Assembly (NCBI GenBank): GCA_021792255.1
Contig: JAJYUZ010000002.1
Span: 256,001-320,000, forward strand
Length of the DNA: 64,000 nt
Direction: 5' to 3'
DNA from: Thermoplasmata archaeon
GTDB taxonomy: Archaea; Thermoplasmatota; Thermoplasmata; Thermoplasmatales; GCA-001856825
This document shows, in pieces, positions 10,587-20,181 of this stretch; the first letter of the stretch is position 1; each line of letters opens with the position of its first letter. The translations under genes and the position numbers were made by a program. The notes under the pieces are model-generated. The model searched no databases. It saw only the letters and a program-made list of their open reading frames with translations, and was not told the DNA's origin.

Positions 10587-11027
10587 TTGGAAAGTTCAAC
10601 TAAGGGGAACGACACAAATGGCAAACAAATACGGGCGGCAAGCGGTCAACTTATCGGGGACGGCAACATCGAGATTGCAGGAGCAGTTTTCGTTATGATA
10701 GTCTTTGGAATTATCAATGTTGTCTCTGCGGTTCAGTTCATGTATTTCTTCGGTTTTCATGGGCTTGCTCAGACGGGTATTCCAACTAGTATTGTTTTTG
10801 GGGCTTTGCTCTTTGTATCGGCTTATTTTGGTTTGAAATTTAAATTGTGGGCATTCGTGGTCCCGATAGTTCTAGGTGCGATAGACATAATGCTTACACC
10901 GGTTGTTGATGGCTTCAACAATAACATCCCTGTTTGGGATACTATCTTACTTGTAGCTGGATTCTTAACTTTTTACACAAGTTTTCTGGGATTAGTGAAA
11001 GTGCGATCACTACACTACCAGACTTAG
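10587..11027 (+). CDS. Hypothetical membrane protein (~4 TM)
   Basis: Four hydrophobic segments; upstream TATA-like tataaa and ggag. Confidence 0.65.
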   Translation: MESSTKGNDTNGKQIRAASGQLIGDGNIEIAGAVFVMIVFGIINVVSAVQFMYFFGFHGLAQTGIPTSIVFGALLFVSAYFGLKFKLWAFVVPIVLGAIDIMLTPVVDGFNNNIPVWDTILLVAGFLTFYTSFLGLVKVRSLHYQT

Positions 11028-11488
11028 GAAATTATATTTGGCTTAATTAATGAATTAGTACTACAATCTCGTTCTTATTACTTGAACAGAAGTTCCTTCA
11101 AGAAATGGAATACTCGATCGCAGAATTAGTAGAGTGGGCTTCACTAATTTTTCAGTTTCTAGTAATCTATAGAATATCTAACAACTCAATGGATTGTGCC
11201 CGTATCTCCTCCGGAATCAGCTCATCTTAAAAGGTAAAAGGATGGCGTAGCAGAAGGTATATTACAGGAAACAATCACAGGTTTCGAACTAGTTAAATCC
11301 AAGGAACTAGAGAGATATAATTGAAACGATGATGGGACCTAGATTGAAAGGAGGCGGAAATAAGGTTCAATTGACGGACAAATAATTGGCCTATATGTAA
11401 TCAGAACGTACTGATATCTCCTTACATACGACGTTATAAACGAGCTGGAATTGATATTTTAGCAGCAAGACTGCAGGGATTGTGAAAG

Positions 11489-11962
11489 ATGCCAAAATTT
11501 ACGAAGAGTATAGATATTTCAACATCCCCGGAAAGGGTGTTCGATTTTGTTTCCAAACTTGATTCTACAGAATATGCAAAGCTCAACATGATAGAGATGA
11601 AGGTAGAAAAGATCACTAAGGGAAAGACTGCAAAGGGAACAATATTCCATTTCTCAAATAAAGTACCAGGGATGTCTAAGAGTCTTGAACAGGACTCAGA
11701 AATGTTAGAGTGGGATCCTCCAAAGAAGTTTACAACAATGGTCAAGAATGGGCCTCTCAAGGGGACAACGTTTGAATACAAGGTAGAAGAAAAGGGGAAT
11801 GGAGGGACTAAATTTAAGGGGACAGTTGATTTCAAAATGAACGACAGCCTGGAGGGAATCTCTGAAAAAGATGCGTTTCAGCTACTGGATAAACAATGGG
11901 ATGAATTCGTCAAGAGGCTGAAATCCGTCCTTGAGAAAAATAAGGAAAATGACAGACAATGA
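11489..11962 (+). CDS. SRPBCC/START-like (polyketide cyclase family) protein
   Basis: SIDISTSPERVFDFV...EWDPPKKF and a C-terminal helix ending LKSVLE. Confidence 0.8.
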   Translation: MPKFTKSIDISTSPERVFDFVSKLDSTEYAKLNMIEMKVEKITKGKTAKGTIFHFSNKVPGMSKSLEQDSEMLEWDPPKKFTTMVKNGPLKGTTFEYKVEEKGNGGTKFKGTVDFKMNDSLEGISEKDAFQLLDKQWDEFVKRLKSVLEKNKENDRQ

Positions 11963-12497
11963 GGCGGAAATAATGGAAAAAGGTTCGTTTCAAATTGGTC
12001 AATTGTATGGTAGGCGGTTTATAATAATTTCCCTTATCTACTTCATAATAGGCACTACCTGGATGGGACCTATAGGGACGATCTTGCCAGGACCATCAGG
12101 TGTGGCAGGAAATGTTTATGATACTGCGCACTGGCATGTTGTTTTCGTGGGGTTTCTTGCATTCTTTATTCTCGGCTCCCTATATTACACCGCACCAAGG
12201 TTGGGTGGGAAGGATATGTACAGCAAAAGGCTTGCGTCCATTCACTTTTGGGGTTCAAACGTGTTGTTCCCAATGGCAGTTGTACTTTTCACGTGGATTG
12301 CGTTCGCTTTCGAGAACGTACTGAACTCGCCAACATTCAGTGTTTCTTCCATGCCTTCATCATTACTCTTAACATACTTCACTGTGCTCATCATAATGTT
12401 TGTAGGAATAGGACTTCAGGGTGTCATGGCTTACAACGTTTTCATGACCTTGAGAACTTTACTTCCAAGACAAGGAGAGCATGCAGTCACCAGATGA
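11931..12497 (+). CDS. Short membrane protein resembling heme-copper oxidase subunit I helices X-XII
   Basis: YDTAHWHVVFVGF...GSLYYTAPRLGG..YSKRLASIHFW; true start probably near 11949. Confidence 0.65.
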   Translation: MRKIRKMTDNEAEIMEKGSFQIGQLYGRRFIIISLIYFIIGTTWMGPIGTILPGPSGVAGNVYDTAHWHVVFVGFLAFFILGSLYYTAPRLGGKDMYSKRLASIHFWGSNVLFPMAVVLFTWIAFAFENVLNSPTFSVSSMPSSLLLTYFTVLIIMFVGIGLQGVMAYNVFMTLRTLLPRQGEHAVTR

Positions 12498-12870
12498 ATC
12501 AGCTTTCCACAATAGAAATGAAGAGTTCATTGAGAAGATAAGTCGCTACTCCGAATTCGTGATTTCGGATGAAATAAGCTATGTCCACAGGAAGGCTAGG
12601 ATTTTGGGAGATGATGAGAAATTATTCTACGAAGTGCTGAATGCACTCTCCAACAAACTGCTAGACCCAATCATAGAATCCTTAAGAATAGGGGGCTCTC
12701 AGGACAATTTATTCGCAGAGAATTTAAGTGGGATAATCGACCGAAGATATCCTGAATACTTTAGGGATGTGGAAATTGAATTCCCTGAATCCGAACACCT
12801 AACAGCCGAGTTTGGGTCCAGAGAAGGCCGCAAAACGACGTTTCCCAATGGAACCGATGGTAGGGAATGA
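12481..12870 (+). CDS. Hypothetical protein, weak resemblance to the glutamyl-tRNA reductase dimerisation domain
   Basis: EVLNALSNKLLDPIIESLR; overlaps both neighbours operon-style. Confidence 0.45.
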   Translation: MQSPDESAFHNRNEEFIEKISRYSEFVISDEISYVHRKARILGDDEKLFYEVLNALSNKLLDPIIESLRIGGSQDNLFAENLSGIIDRRYPEYFRDVEIEFPESEHLTAEFGSREGRKTTFPNGTDGRE

Positions 12871-13352
12871 ACTACGTATCTCTTATATTACTCTGGCTCC
12901 ACGTGTTTTTTGTAGTACTTTGGTTAGGAGGATTTCTCTTTCAAATTATAGTCATATTTCCTGCGCTATCTTCCCTTTCCTCTCAGGGTAGAATGGAACT
13001 ATTTCAGAAGGTTATTGGCAGGGGAGAAAGAGTGTTTGTGCCTGTTATGGGTTTAACACTACTGTTTGGTTTCATCCTTCTGGTAGCTATGTTCGGGTTG
13101 AATCTTAGAATCCTTCTTAACTCGAGGCCCTGGATATATCTGATCTCTGGGGGTTTGCTTGGACTCATTGCGTTTCTAAAGTTTATTTTCATAGACAGAC
13201 GAGGGATAGTAGCCTTGACTTCTGGGAAGGGTGGAGAGGCAGCATTTTCTGGGTCGAGCAGACCGCCGCCATCAATGATAATCCTGCTTGTCATGCAGCT
13301 ACTGTTGTTGATGGGTGCCTTTACCCTTATGATAATAGGGGCAAATTTTTGA
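12867..13352 (+). CDS. CopD/DUF4149-like membrane protein
   Basis: WLHVFFVVLWLGG N-terminal motif; 4 TM. Confidence 0.6.
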   Translation: MNYVSLILLWLHVFFVVLWLGGFLFQIIVIFPALSSLSSQGRMELFQKVIGRGERVFVPVMGLTLLFGFILLVAMFGLNLRILLNSRPWIYLISGGLLGLIAFLKFIFIDRRGIVALTSGKGGEAAFSGSSRPPPSMIILLVMQLLLLMGAFTLMIIGANF

Positions 13353-13593
13353 GTATTCCTAGAGAAATCGGAGAGGGTGTACTTTGTACCCCTTCCTTTT
13401 AACGGGCTTAAGCTCCCTCTTGCACATGTTCTAATCAGACGGTCATCACTTTCACAAGAAATACACATCTGAAAACCTCTTTCTGTATCCCCGTACTACG
13501 GGCCCCCCTCAAGTATAGTGAGCAACCTGAATATTCCGGAGAGTAGTTCTATAATTAAGGGGGAAATTATGTGAGCCTCTAGTCAAGCCCCTC

Positions 13594-14073
13594 TTATTGC
13601 CTAACAGGGTCAAGCGAGGCAGTCTCCCCCCGTCTTCCATTACCAGATTTAGATGACGACGTCCAACTCTTCACACTGAATATCGCCAGAAACACATCGA
13701 CCGGCAATATAGCGAAATCACTGAAATCAGGGCGTCCGCCGCCCATCAGGATTATAGTCGGTACAAGTATAATGAGGGTAACAGAATAGAAGGTGGAAGC
13801 GATTAAACCTGCCCTACTCCGCTTCCATGTAAAGTACATTATCGGAACCCAGACTGCGGCTGCAATAACAAAGCGTAGTACTAACAAAAGACTCGGCATC
13901 TGTTCATGCGGTAAGTACTCAGAAATAGAACCTGGTGAGAACATCACCACCAAATACCACGGAGCCAAGAGGAACTGCATCATGGCAACGAAAAACTGGA
14001 AAAAAAATGTAGCATGCAGCCAAGTTACATCTTGAGTGTATCGTCGTTGCAAGGTCTGAGCAGAGAACTCCAT
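13594..14073 (-). CDS. Hypothetical membrane protein (~4 TM)
   Basis: Hydrophobic segments; divergent from the AsnC gene. Confidence 0.6.
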   Translation of the reverse strand: MEFSAQTLQRRYTQDVTWLHATFFFQFFVAMMQFLLAPWYLVVMFSPGSISEYLPHEQMPSLLLVLRFVIAAAVWVPIMYFTWKRSRAGLIASTFYSVTLIILVPTIILMGGGRPDFSDFAILPVDVFLAIFSVKSWTSSSKSGNGRRGETASLDPVRQ

Positions 14074-14331
14074 TGTTCTTTCTCGTGTTTATGATCCAGC
14101 GCAATAAATTTGTTTGCCGAGAAAAATTCGGGAAAACGTCTGCTTGTTTCTATATTCATCGAAAGAGATCCTTGGCTGTAACTCTAACGATCGCATTGCT
14201 CAAAAGTGGCTTTCGTATTGACAATTAGAGAAAAGAGAAAGGCTAACAAAATTGAGTTCCTTTGTCGATCTATAGTATATCAAATTTAGTCATATTTATA
14301 ATCTTAATGTACATTTATTTGTGAAACTTGA

Positions 14332-15294
14332 ATGGATGATTTAGACATTAAGATACTGCGGGAATTCATTACAGATGTACCTAATAGGTGTCTTCAACCA
14401 GACGTTACGAAATCGTACATTGCAATATCGAAAAATGTGGGCACTACTGAGGATACGGTCAAGAACAGAGTGGATAAAATGTGCGAGAATGGGATACTCA
14501 GGGGATGGAAACTAGGGGTGAACCCGACATTGTTTCGGTATAGAACAGATTTCTTTTATTTCAGCACGTCTTCTTATAATGAAAAGGATAAAGTTATAGA
14601 GAAGCTCAAGTCTATATCTGGAGTCCTCTGGATTGTTGACTACCTTGGAACATTTGTGGGAGTACTCATATCTTCCAGAGATGAGAAGATGCTTGAAAGA
14701 AAGATGTTGCCAATATTTAGCGTTATTAGTTCTAAGTCATTTGTCCGTGTCAGCAACCAGTTCCCTGAGGTCAAGAAATGTTTGACGACCACAGATTGGA
14801 AACTAATCCGAAGCTTAATGAATGATCCTCGTAAGAAATATTCTGATATCTCTAATGAGCTAGGAATTTCCTCTAGAATGGCTCGAAGAAAATTGAAAAC
14901 GATGATTGAAGAGCATGCATTTTTTATGTTTCCAGATATCAATGTGAGGAAGATAGAGGGAAGGGTAGTAGTTACATACGCAATTTTTTACTCAGACGAC
15001 GTGGGCAAAAAGGAATCGGAGAAAAATTTACTGACAAAGTTTCGAAATTACTTTCTTGTCGCTCTACCCCCTGAAAATGCATACGCAGCCTATACATTCA
15101 TACTTCCAAACCTATCGATAGCCGACAGGATAATGGAATATGTGAATGCGTTGAATGGGGTTAGGACTTCTACCATGAGGCCAATCGTAGACTTTATAAA
15201 CCTCCTAGACAGGACATTTAATAAGGAAATAAGGCAGAAAACCGTAGTAACTCCTCTTTCTCATTCCGCTTCAGGGCATCCTAATCGTTGCTGA
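14332..15294 (+). CDS. Tandem AsnC/Lrp-type transcriptional regulator
   Basis: Two HTH units: MDDLDIKILREF...TVKNRVDKM and TDWKLIRSL..DPRKKYSDISNELGISSRMARRKL. Confidence 0.85.
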   Translation: MDDLDIKILREFITDVPNRCLQPDVTKSYIAISKNVGTTEDTVKNRVDKMCENGILRGWKLGVNPTLFRYRTDFFYFSTSSYNEKDKVIEKLKSISGVLWIVDYLGTFVGVLISSRDEKMLERKMLPIFSVISSKSFVRVSNQFPEVKKCLTTTDWKLIRSLMNDPRKKYSDISNELGISSRMARRKLKTMIEEHAFFMFPDINVRKIEGRVVVTYAIFYSDDVGKKESEKNLLTKFRNYFLVALPPENAYAAYTFILPNLSIADRIMEYVNALNGVRTSTMRPIVDFINLLDRTFNKEIRQKTVVTPLSHSASGHPNRC

Positions 15295-15580
15295 GAGATT
15301 TGCCCTCTTAAACAAGCCTTTTGCTCTCAATACACTAGTTCCAATAACGCAACGATAACCGTTGATGGAGGCAAAACATTCAATTATGCAAATAAATCAT
15401 CAACTACTTTGCCCTGTACTTATTTCAAATCTGGCGCAAGATATCAGGTCATAATGAATGGAACAACAGTACCTTATTTCATTTCTGACGATGATATTAT
15501 CGCCTCTTTAAACGGCTGTTTTGAGGCAGTATCTTCGATTTGCTTTTAAATATGTTTTGGGGTTCAAATCTTCCTATATA

Positions 15581-15655
15581 TGGGCTTGTCCGGATTTGAA
15601 CCGGAGTCTCCGACTCCCGAAGCCGAAAGGATGGACCAATCTACCCCACAAGCCC
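15581..15655 (-). tRNA. tRNA-Pro(CGG)
   Basis: GGGCTTGTGGGGTAGATTGGTCCATCCTTTCGGCTTCGGGAGTCGGAGACTCCGGTTCAAATCCGGACAAGCCCA forms a cloverleaf with anticodon CGG; no CCA encoded. Confidence 0.95.
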
Positions 15656-15704
15656 TTGTTGTGGAATTTCAAAGGATTTAAAAACGTTTACTCAATTCCA
15701 TTCT

Positions 15705-16403
15705 GTGAAGAGTAACAGATTTCCCTCTTCAGACGCCCTCATTTTTAACGTATCAGGAGAGATTGTTATGTCCAGCGACCCAGGCAAGACCATAAAGAAG
15801 TGGAGGGAAGAGTTCAACGTGACCCAGAAAGAGCTCTCGGCCAGAATGGGAATGAACACTTCGGTGATAAGCGACTATGAAACGGGTCGGAGAAAGTCTC
15901 CAGGGGCTCAATTCTTGAAGAGTCTGGTGACAGCCCTCGTTGAAATAGACGGAGAAAGGGGGAATCCGGTCGTATGGAAATATTCACTGGGTACAGAGAA
16001 AGACGTGATAATTGACATCAAGGAATTCTTCTACGACGTAGACATCAAAAAGTTCATCAGGATGATCGAAGGAAAAGAGGTCAGTCATCTGGATATCAAG
16101 AGAAGCATAAGGGGATACACGATTCTCGACTCTCTAAATGCTATACTTAAACTCACCTCCTTTGACTACTTTAGAGTATATGGCTGGACTTCAGAAAGAG
16201 CCCTATTTTTCACAAATGTCGAATTTGGAAGATCGCCCATGATTGCCGTGCGAGTCCATCCAATAAAGCCTGCGGTAGTTGTTTACATCAAACCAAAGAG
16301 GATAGACCCTCTTGCAATCAAGCTTGCTGAAATTGAGGGAATTCCGTTGATAACCACTGAACTCTCACCAAACGAAATTAAGGAAAAGATGAAGTCAATC
16401 TAG
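15705..16403 (+). CDS. Archaeal XRE-HTH regulator with C-terminal DRTGG-like domain
   Basis: TIKKWREEFNVTQKEL...SVISDYETGRRKSPG; FTNVEFGRSPMIAVRV. Confidence 0.85.
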   Translation: MKSNRFPSSDALIFNVSGEIVMSSDPGKTIKKWREEFNVTQKELSARMGMNTSVISDYETGRRKSPGAQFLKSLVTALVEIDGERGNPVVWKYSLGTEKDVIIDIKEFFYDVDIKKFIRMIEGKEVSHLDIKRSIRGYTILDSLNAILKLTSFDYFRVYGWTSERALFFTNVEFGRSPMIAVRVHPIKPAVVVYIKPKRIDPLAIKLAEIEGIPLITTELSPNEIKEKMKSI

Positions 16404-17326
16404 TTCAGCAATCTGTTCAGATACCAGTCGAGACTGAACTGAACTAGATCTGAATAGGTCTGCCCAGTTCCGATGTAGAGAATTGGTTTCTTCGTCTCCG
16501 AAAGGAGGGATATCACGCACCCACCCTTTGCATCAGCATCGATCTTGGTGACAATGTATCCGTTTATCCCAACGGCTTCATCGAACAGCTTTGCCTGAGT
16601 CAGTACATCAGTTCCCGATAGGGCATCGAGCGTGAGGAGAATCAGATCAGGACTTGAAATTCTCTTTATCTTCTTCATCTCTTCTAGGAGGTTCTTGTTG
16701 TTTTGCATCCTTCCTGCGGTATCGATCAGTACGACAGACTTTTCGATCTTTGAGGCGTGCTTTACAGCATCGAATGAGACCGCTGCAGGATCGCCTCCTG
16801 CCTGGTGCTTTATAACTTTCACTCCAATCTTTTCACCGTGGAGGGCGATCTGTTCTATGGCTCCTGCCCTGAAAGTATCGGAAGCAGCTATTACCACGTA
16901 GTATCCTTTTTCTTTGAAATTTTCAGCGATTTTTGCAATCGATGTCGTCTTGCCAGTCCCGTTCATACCCACGAACATCACGACGAAAGGTGACTTCTTG
17001 CTTGCCATCTCTACCAGGTCAATAGGTGTCACAGCAGCAATTTCCTTTAACGTAGTCCGGACAGCCTCCTTGAAGACTGCATTCCTATCGCCCTTCAACC
17101 TTACGCTCTTGTCGTCAAGTTTCTTCAGTAGTATGTTTGAGATCCTGTCCGCAACGGGCAGAGCGACGTCCGCCTCGATTAAAGAGATCTTGAGGTTTGC
17201 TGCGATCTCATTTAAGTCCTTGGAGGAAGTGCCAATGCTGTCCGCAATCCCGCCATCGTCTCTAGTTACCGTCGGAGTTTCGTCCTTCTTCGAGAGCCCT
17301 AGTTTTTCCTTGAGCTTTTCAAACAT
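16400..17326 (-). CDS. ftsY: Signal recognition particle receptor FtsY
   Basis: GMNGTGKTT, DTFRAGAIEQ, DTAGRMQ, TKIDADAKGG, GTGQ. Confidence 0.95.
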   Translation of the reverse strand: MFEKLKEKLGLSKKDETPTVTRDDGGIADSIGTSSKDLNEIAANLKISLIEADVALPVADRISNILLKKLDDKSVRLKGDRNAVFKEAVRTTLKEIAAVTPIDLVEMASKKSPFVVMFVGMNGTGKTTSIAKIAENFKEKGYYVVIAASDTFRAGAIEQIALHGEKIGVKVIKHQAGGDPAAVSFDAVKHASKIEKSVVLIDTAGRMQNNKNLLEEMKKIKRISSPDLILLTLDALSGTDVLTQAKLFDEAVGINGYIVTKIDADAKGGCVISLLSETKKPILYIGTGQTYSDLVQFSLDWYLNRLLN

Positions 17327-17330
17327 TCAT

Positions 17331-17735
17331 TCACTTTTTGTAAACTTTGTTTAAATAATCTTCTAACTGAGCGTACCTCTGCTGGAGATCTTCTTCCGAT
17401 TTCCGACTGCTCTCTAAGGCCTTTGCGGCATCATTTTTCCTCTCTTCCAAGATGCTGAGGGCATCTTTCACAGTGGCCTTTTTGTAGGCATTGGAGCCTA
17501 TATTCACCACGACTCTTTCCTTGTTCTTTACCTCTCCCTCTATATAGAGTCCCCTCCCGATTGGTATGAGGGAATCACCCTCTACTTGAGACATATTTTT
17601 CAAGAAGTCAGTCGTACTGACCAAATCCTGAAGAATTACGGCTAGAGACTGGATCTGTCCTTCTATCTCCTCTAACTGCTGTCTGATTACTTCCATGCTG
17701 TACACAATCTGGTCGATCTTTGCGTCCTGTGTCAT
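17331..17735 (-). CDS. pfdA: Prefoldin alpha subunit
   Basis: Coiled coils flanking LIPIGRGLYIEG...VVVNIGS; conserved linkage with ftsY. Confidence 0.9.
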   Translation of the reverse strand: MTQDAKIDQIVYSMEVIRQQLEEIEGQIQSLAVILQDLVSTTDFLKNMSQVEGDSLIPIGRGLYIEGEVKNKERVVVNIGSNAYKKATVKDALSILEERKNDAAKALESSRKSEEDLQQRYAQLEDYLNKVYKK

Positions 17736-18983
17736 TTATTCTCCTCCAAATTTTTTCTTAGAAACCATCAACGATTCTATCCCCGGCATGGGCTCACCAG
17801 CAAGATAGCTAATGAGGGCCCCCCCTCCAGTTGATATGTGGTCTATATCGCTCCCGTTAATGCCCATTTTCTCAAGGGCAGCAAGAGTGTGTCCTCCGCC
17901 GGCGACCTTGTAGCCCGAAGATTTAGCTACCATAGAGAAAATTTCCTCAGTGCCCGCTGTGAATTCCTCCAGTTCGAAGACTCCCATCGGCCCATTCAGC
18001 ATTATGGCATCTGAATTCTTAATCTGAGATGCATATGATGCTATCGTATCCACTCCAATGTCCATTGCAGGTAGATCCCTCCTGAAATCATCGATCTTGT
18101 AGTGCTTGACTTTTCCATTCTCATTACCCAGAAAGTCGATAGGCATTAGGATAGAATCCCCGTAACCCCCAAGCAAGATTTCGGCTTCCTTCAGAACAGC
18201 GTCGTAATTGCTTACTTCCTTCCTCAACACTTCCTCATTCTTCTTCCCTAGATCCATTCCATTCGCAGAAAGGAAAACGTGTCCAACGAGTCCTCCAGTC
18301 ATGACTTTGTCCAGTTTCCCTTCTTTTAGCATTTTGCCTATGATCTTGATGGAGTCGTCAGCCTTGGCACCGCCAAATATGCCAATCCTGTTCCTGCCTT
18401 TTATTGCAAAGAACCTCTCTATACCGAGGATTTCGTTCTCCATAAGCTTTCCAGCAATGTTTGGCATCATTTCACTGAAGCCTACAAGAGTTACGTTACT
18501 CCTATGAGCCGCTGCAAATGCATCGTTGACGAAGTACTCCGCACGACTCGCGAGGTTCCTGACTATGTGTGTCTTTTTCATCACTTCTAGCTTCTCTTCT
18601 GCCAGGACCACTTCTTCCGAAAAGAACCTCGTATTTTCCAGCATTAGGATGTCCCCAGGTTCAGAGGCATCTATCTCCTCTAAGGTCTGGTCGTCGAACA
18701 CTCCGTTCAGGAACTTTACCCTCCGCTTCAGCATGTTCGAAAGGTGAGAGGCATGGGCTCTCAGGCTTACGAAATCGTTCTTTCCTGGTCTACTCTGGTG
18801 GGCGAGAATAGTGACTTTCGACTTTGAAAGTGCGTCGATGGTCTCCTGGTGTGCTCTGAAGCGCGAATCGTCGAGTATGTTTCCAGTCTTGGGATCGATA
18901 GGAGAGTTGATGTCGATTCTCAGGAGAATGGACTTGCCTGCTAGGTCAAAATCGTTTAAAGTGAAGAAGGGAAGCTGGGTCAT
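17736..18983 (-). CDS. pgk: Phosphoglycerate kinase
   Basis: LRIDINSP, AHQSRPG, LENTRF, NDAFAAAHR, GGAK, NGPMGVFE, HISTGGGA. Confidence 0.97.
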   Translation of the reverse strand: MTQLPFFTLNDFDLAGKSILLRIDINSPIDPKTGNILDDSRFRAHQETIDALSKSKVTILAHQSRPGKNDFVSLRAHASHLSNMLKRRVKFLNGVFDDQTLEEIDASEPGDILMLENTRFFSEEVVLAEEKLEVMKKTHIVRNLASRAEYFVNDAFAAAHRSNVTLVGFSEMMPNIAGKLMENEILGIERFFAIKGRNRIGIFGGAKADDSIKIIGKMLKEGKLDKVMTGGLVGHVFLSANGMDLGKKNEEVLRKEVSNYDAVLKEAEILLGGYGDSILMPIDFLGNENGKVKHYKIDDFRRDLPAMDIGVDTIASYASQIKNSDAIMLNGPMGVFELEEFTAGTEEIFSMVAKSSGYKVAGGGHTLAALEKMGINGSDIDHISTGGGALISYLAGEPMPGIESLMVSKKKFGGE

Positions 18984-18996
18984 ACTACCTGATTTT

Positions 18997-20181
18997 TTAG
19001 TGCCTTAAAGCAGTTTCTGAAGTGCTCCTAATGTCTCTCCCGTTGACGATGACCCTCTCTATAGGATCCTCTCCGAATGTGTACCCGAGCCTGTTGAAAT
19101 GGTCCTTAAGGACTATTATGTTCGCCTCCTTTCCCGGATGGATAGAGCCCGTCTTGTCGGATAGAGAAAGGGAATGGCTCGAATTGATTGTACTCATGTT
19201 GATCAGATTCTCTATGGTGAAGGGAAACAACTGTCTGCCTAAGGCAATAGCCAACGGGAAAGACGTGATGTAGGTGTTTGGCGATATATCAGAACCCATC
19301 GCAAGCACTTTCCCACGACTCTTCATTTTCGAAAATATGGATACCCCTTTCCTCAGACTGATGGCAGTGAAAGGAAGAACTGTTATCGTGCTCTCTATCA
19401 TATCAATCTCGTCTTCTCTTGTCTCTATCATGTGATCGTACGATCTGATGTCCAGACCTTTGAAGAGCTTCACTCCATCCAGATTGCGCAGCTCGTTGAG
19501 GTGGATCCGTCCCGGTACACCAAGGGAGTTTGCGTGTTGAATTGCTTCCTTGGCAAAAGGAGGAGAAAACGCGCCTTCATCGACGAAGACATCAACGAAA
19601 TCTATACGTTTCCTGAATTCTTCGGTCATTTCCATAAACGTCCTGAGGTAAGAGGCTTCACTCATCCCCTTGGGAATAACGTGAGCAAGGAGCGTCTTCT
19701 TCATTCTCATCTTGAGATCCTTTTCTATTCTCTCCATAACTTTGAGCATCTTCTCTTCTGTTTCTGCGTCACCGCCATAACCAGTTTTTGATTCGAATAC
19801 GGCGGTACCATTTCTCATCATGCTGAGGACTCTCTCTCTCGATTCCTGATAAAGAATATCCTCGTCGCATTCCGTGGTCGCCTTAATAGTGCGATAGATG
19901 CCCCCTCCGCTCTTCAGGACGCCCTCATATCCCAGGGTCTTCTTCAGGTCTATCTCGTTTTCCCTCGTTCCGCAGAAAACCACGTGTGTGTGGGGATCAC
20001 TGAATGCTGGAATGACCCATCTGCTTTCTTTAGGTCCACCGGACGTCGGAGTTATGCTCTCTATCAACCCATTGGTTATCCTGATGTCCTGGTGCTCCAG
20101 GAACTCTAGCTCGTCAAAAGAAGATCCCGATGCGAACTTTTTGTTAAACGGAGATGCTATGTTTACGTTCTCAACGAGCAT
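18997..20181 (-). CDS. hutI: Imidazolonepropionase-like amidohydrolase
   Basis: DPHTH, GGGIYRT, ESKTGYG, DVFVDEGAF, GSD.SP. Confidence 0.8.
   Translation of the reverse strand: MLVENVNIASPFNKKFASGSSFDELEFLEHQDIRITNGLIESITPTSGGPKESRWVIPAFSDPHTHVVFCGTRENEIDLKKTLGYEGVLKSGGGIYRTIKATTECDEDILYQESRERVLSMMRNGTAVFESKTGYGGDAETEEKMLKVMERIEKDLKMRMKKTLLAHVIPKGMSEASYLRTFMEMTEEFRKRIDFVDVFVDEGAFSPPFAKEAIQHANSLGVPGRIHLNELRNLDGVKLFKGLDIRSYDHMIETREDEIDMIESTITVLPFTAISLRKGVSIFSKMKSRGKVLAMGSDISPNTYITSFPLAIALGRQLFPFTIENLINMSTINSSHSLSLSDKTGSIHPGKEANIIVLKDHFNRLGYTFGEDPIERVIVNGRDIRSTSETALRH

Noticed and set aside
11200-11370. Purine-rich stretch that looks like coding sequence
   Set aside because: Stops interrupt the frames examined and no recognisable motif is present; cannot support a call
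15521-15715. 64-aa ORF
   Set aside because: Antisense to tRNA-Pro
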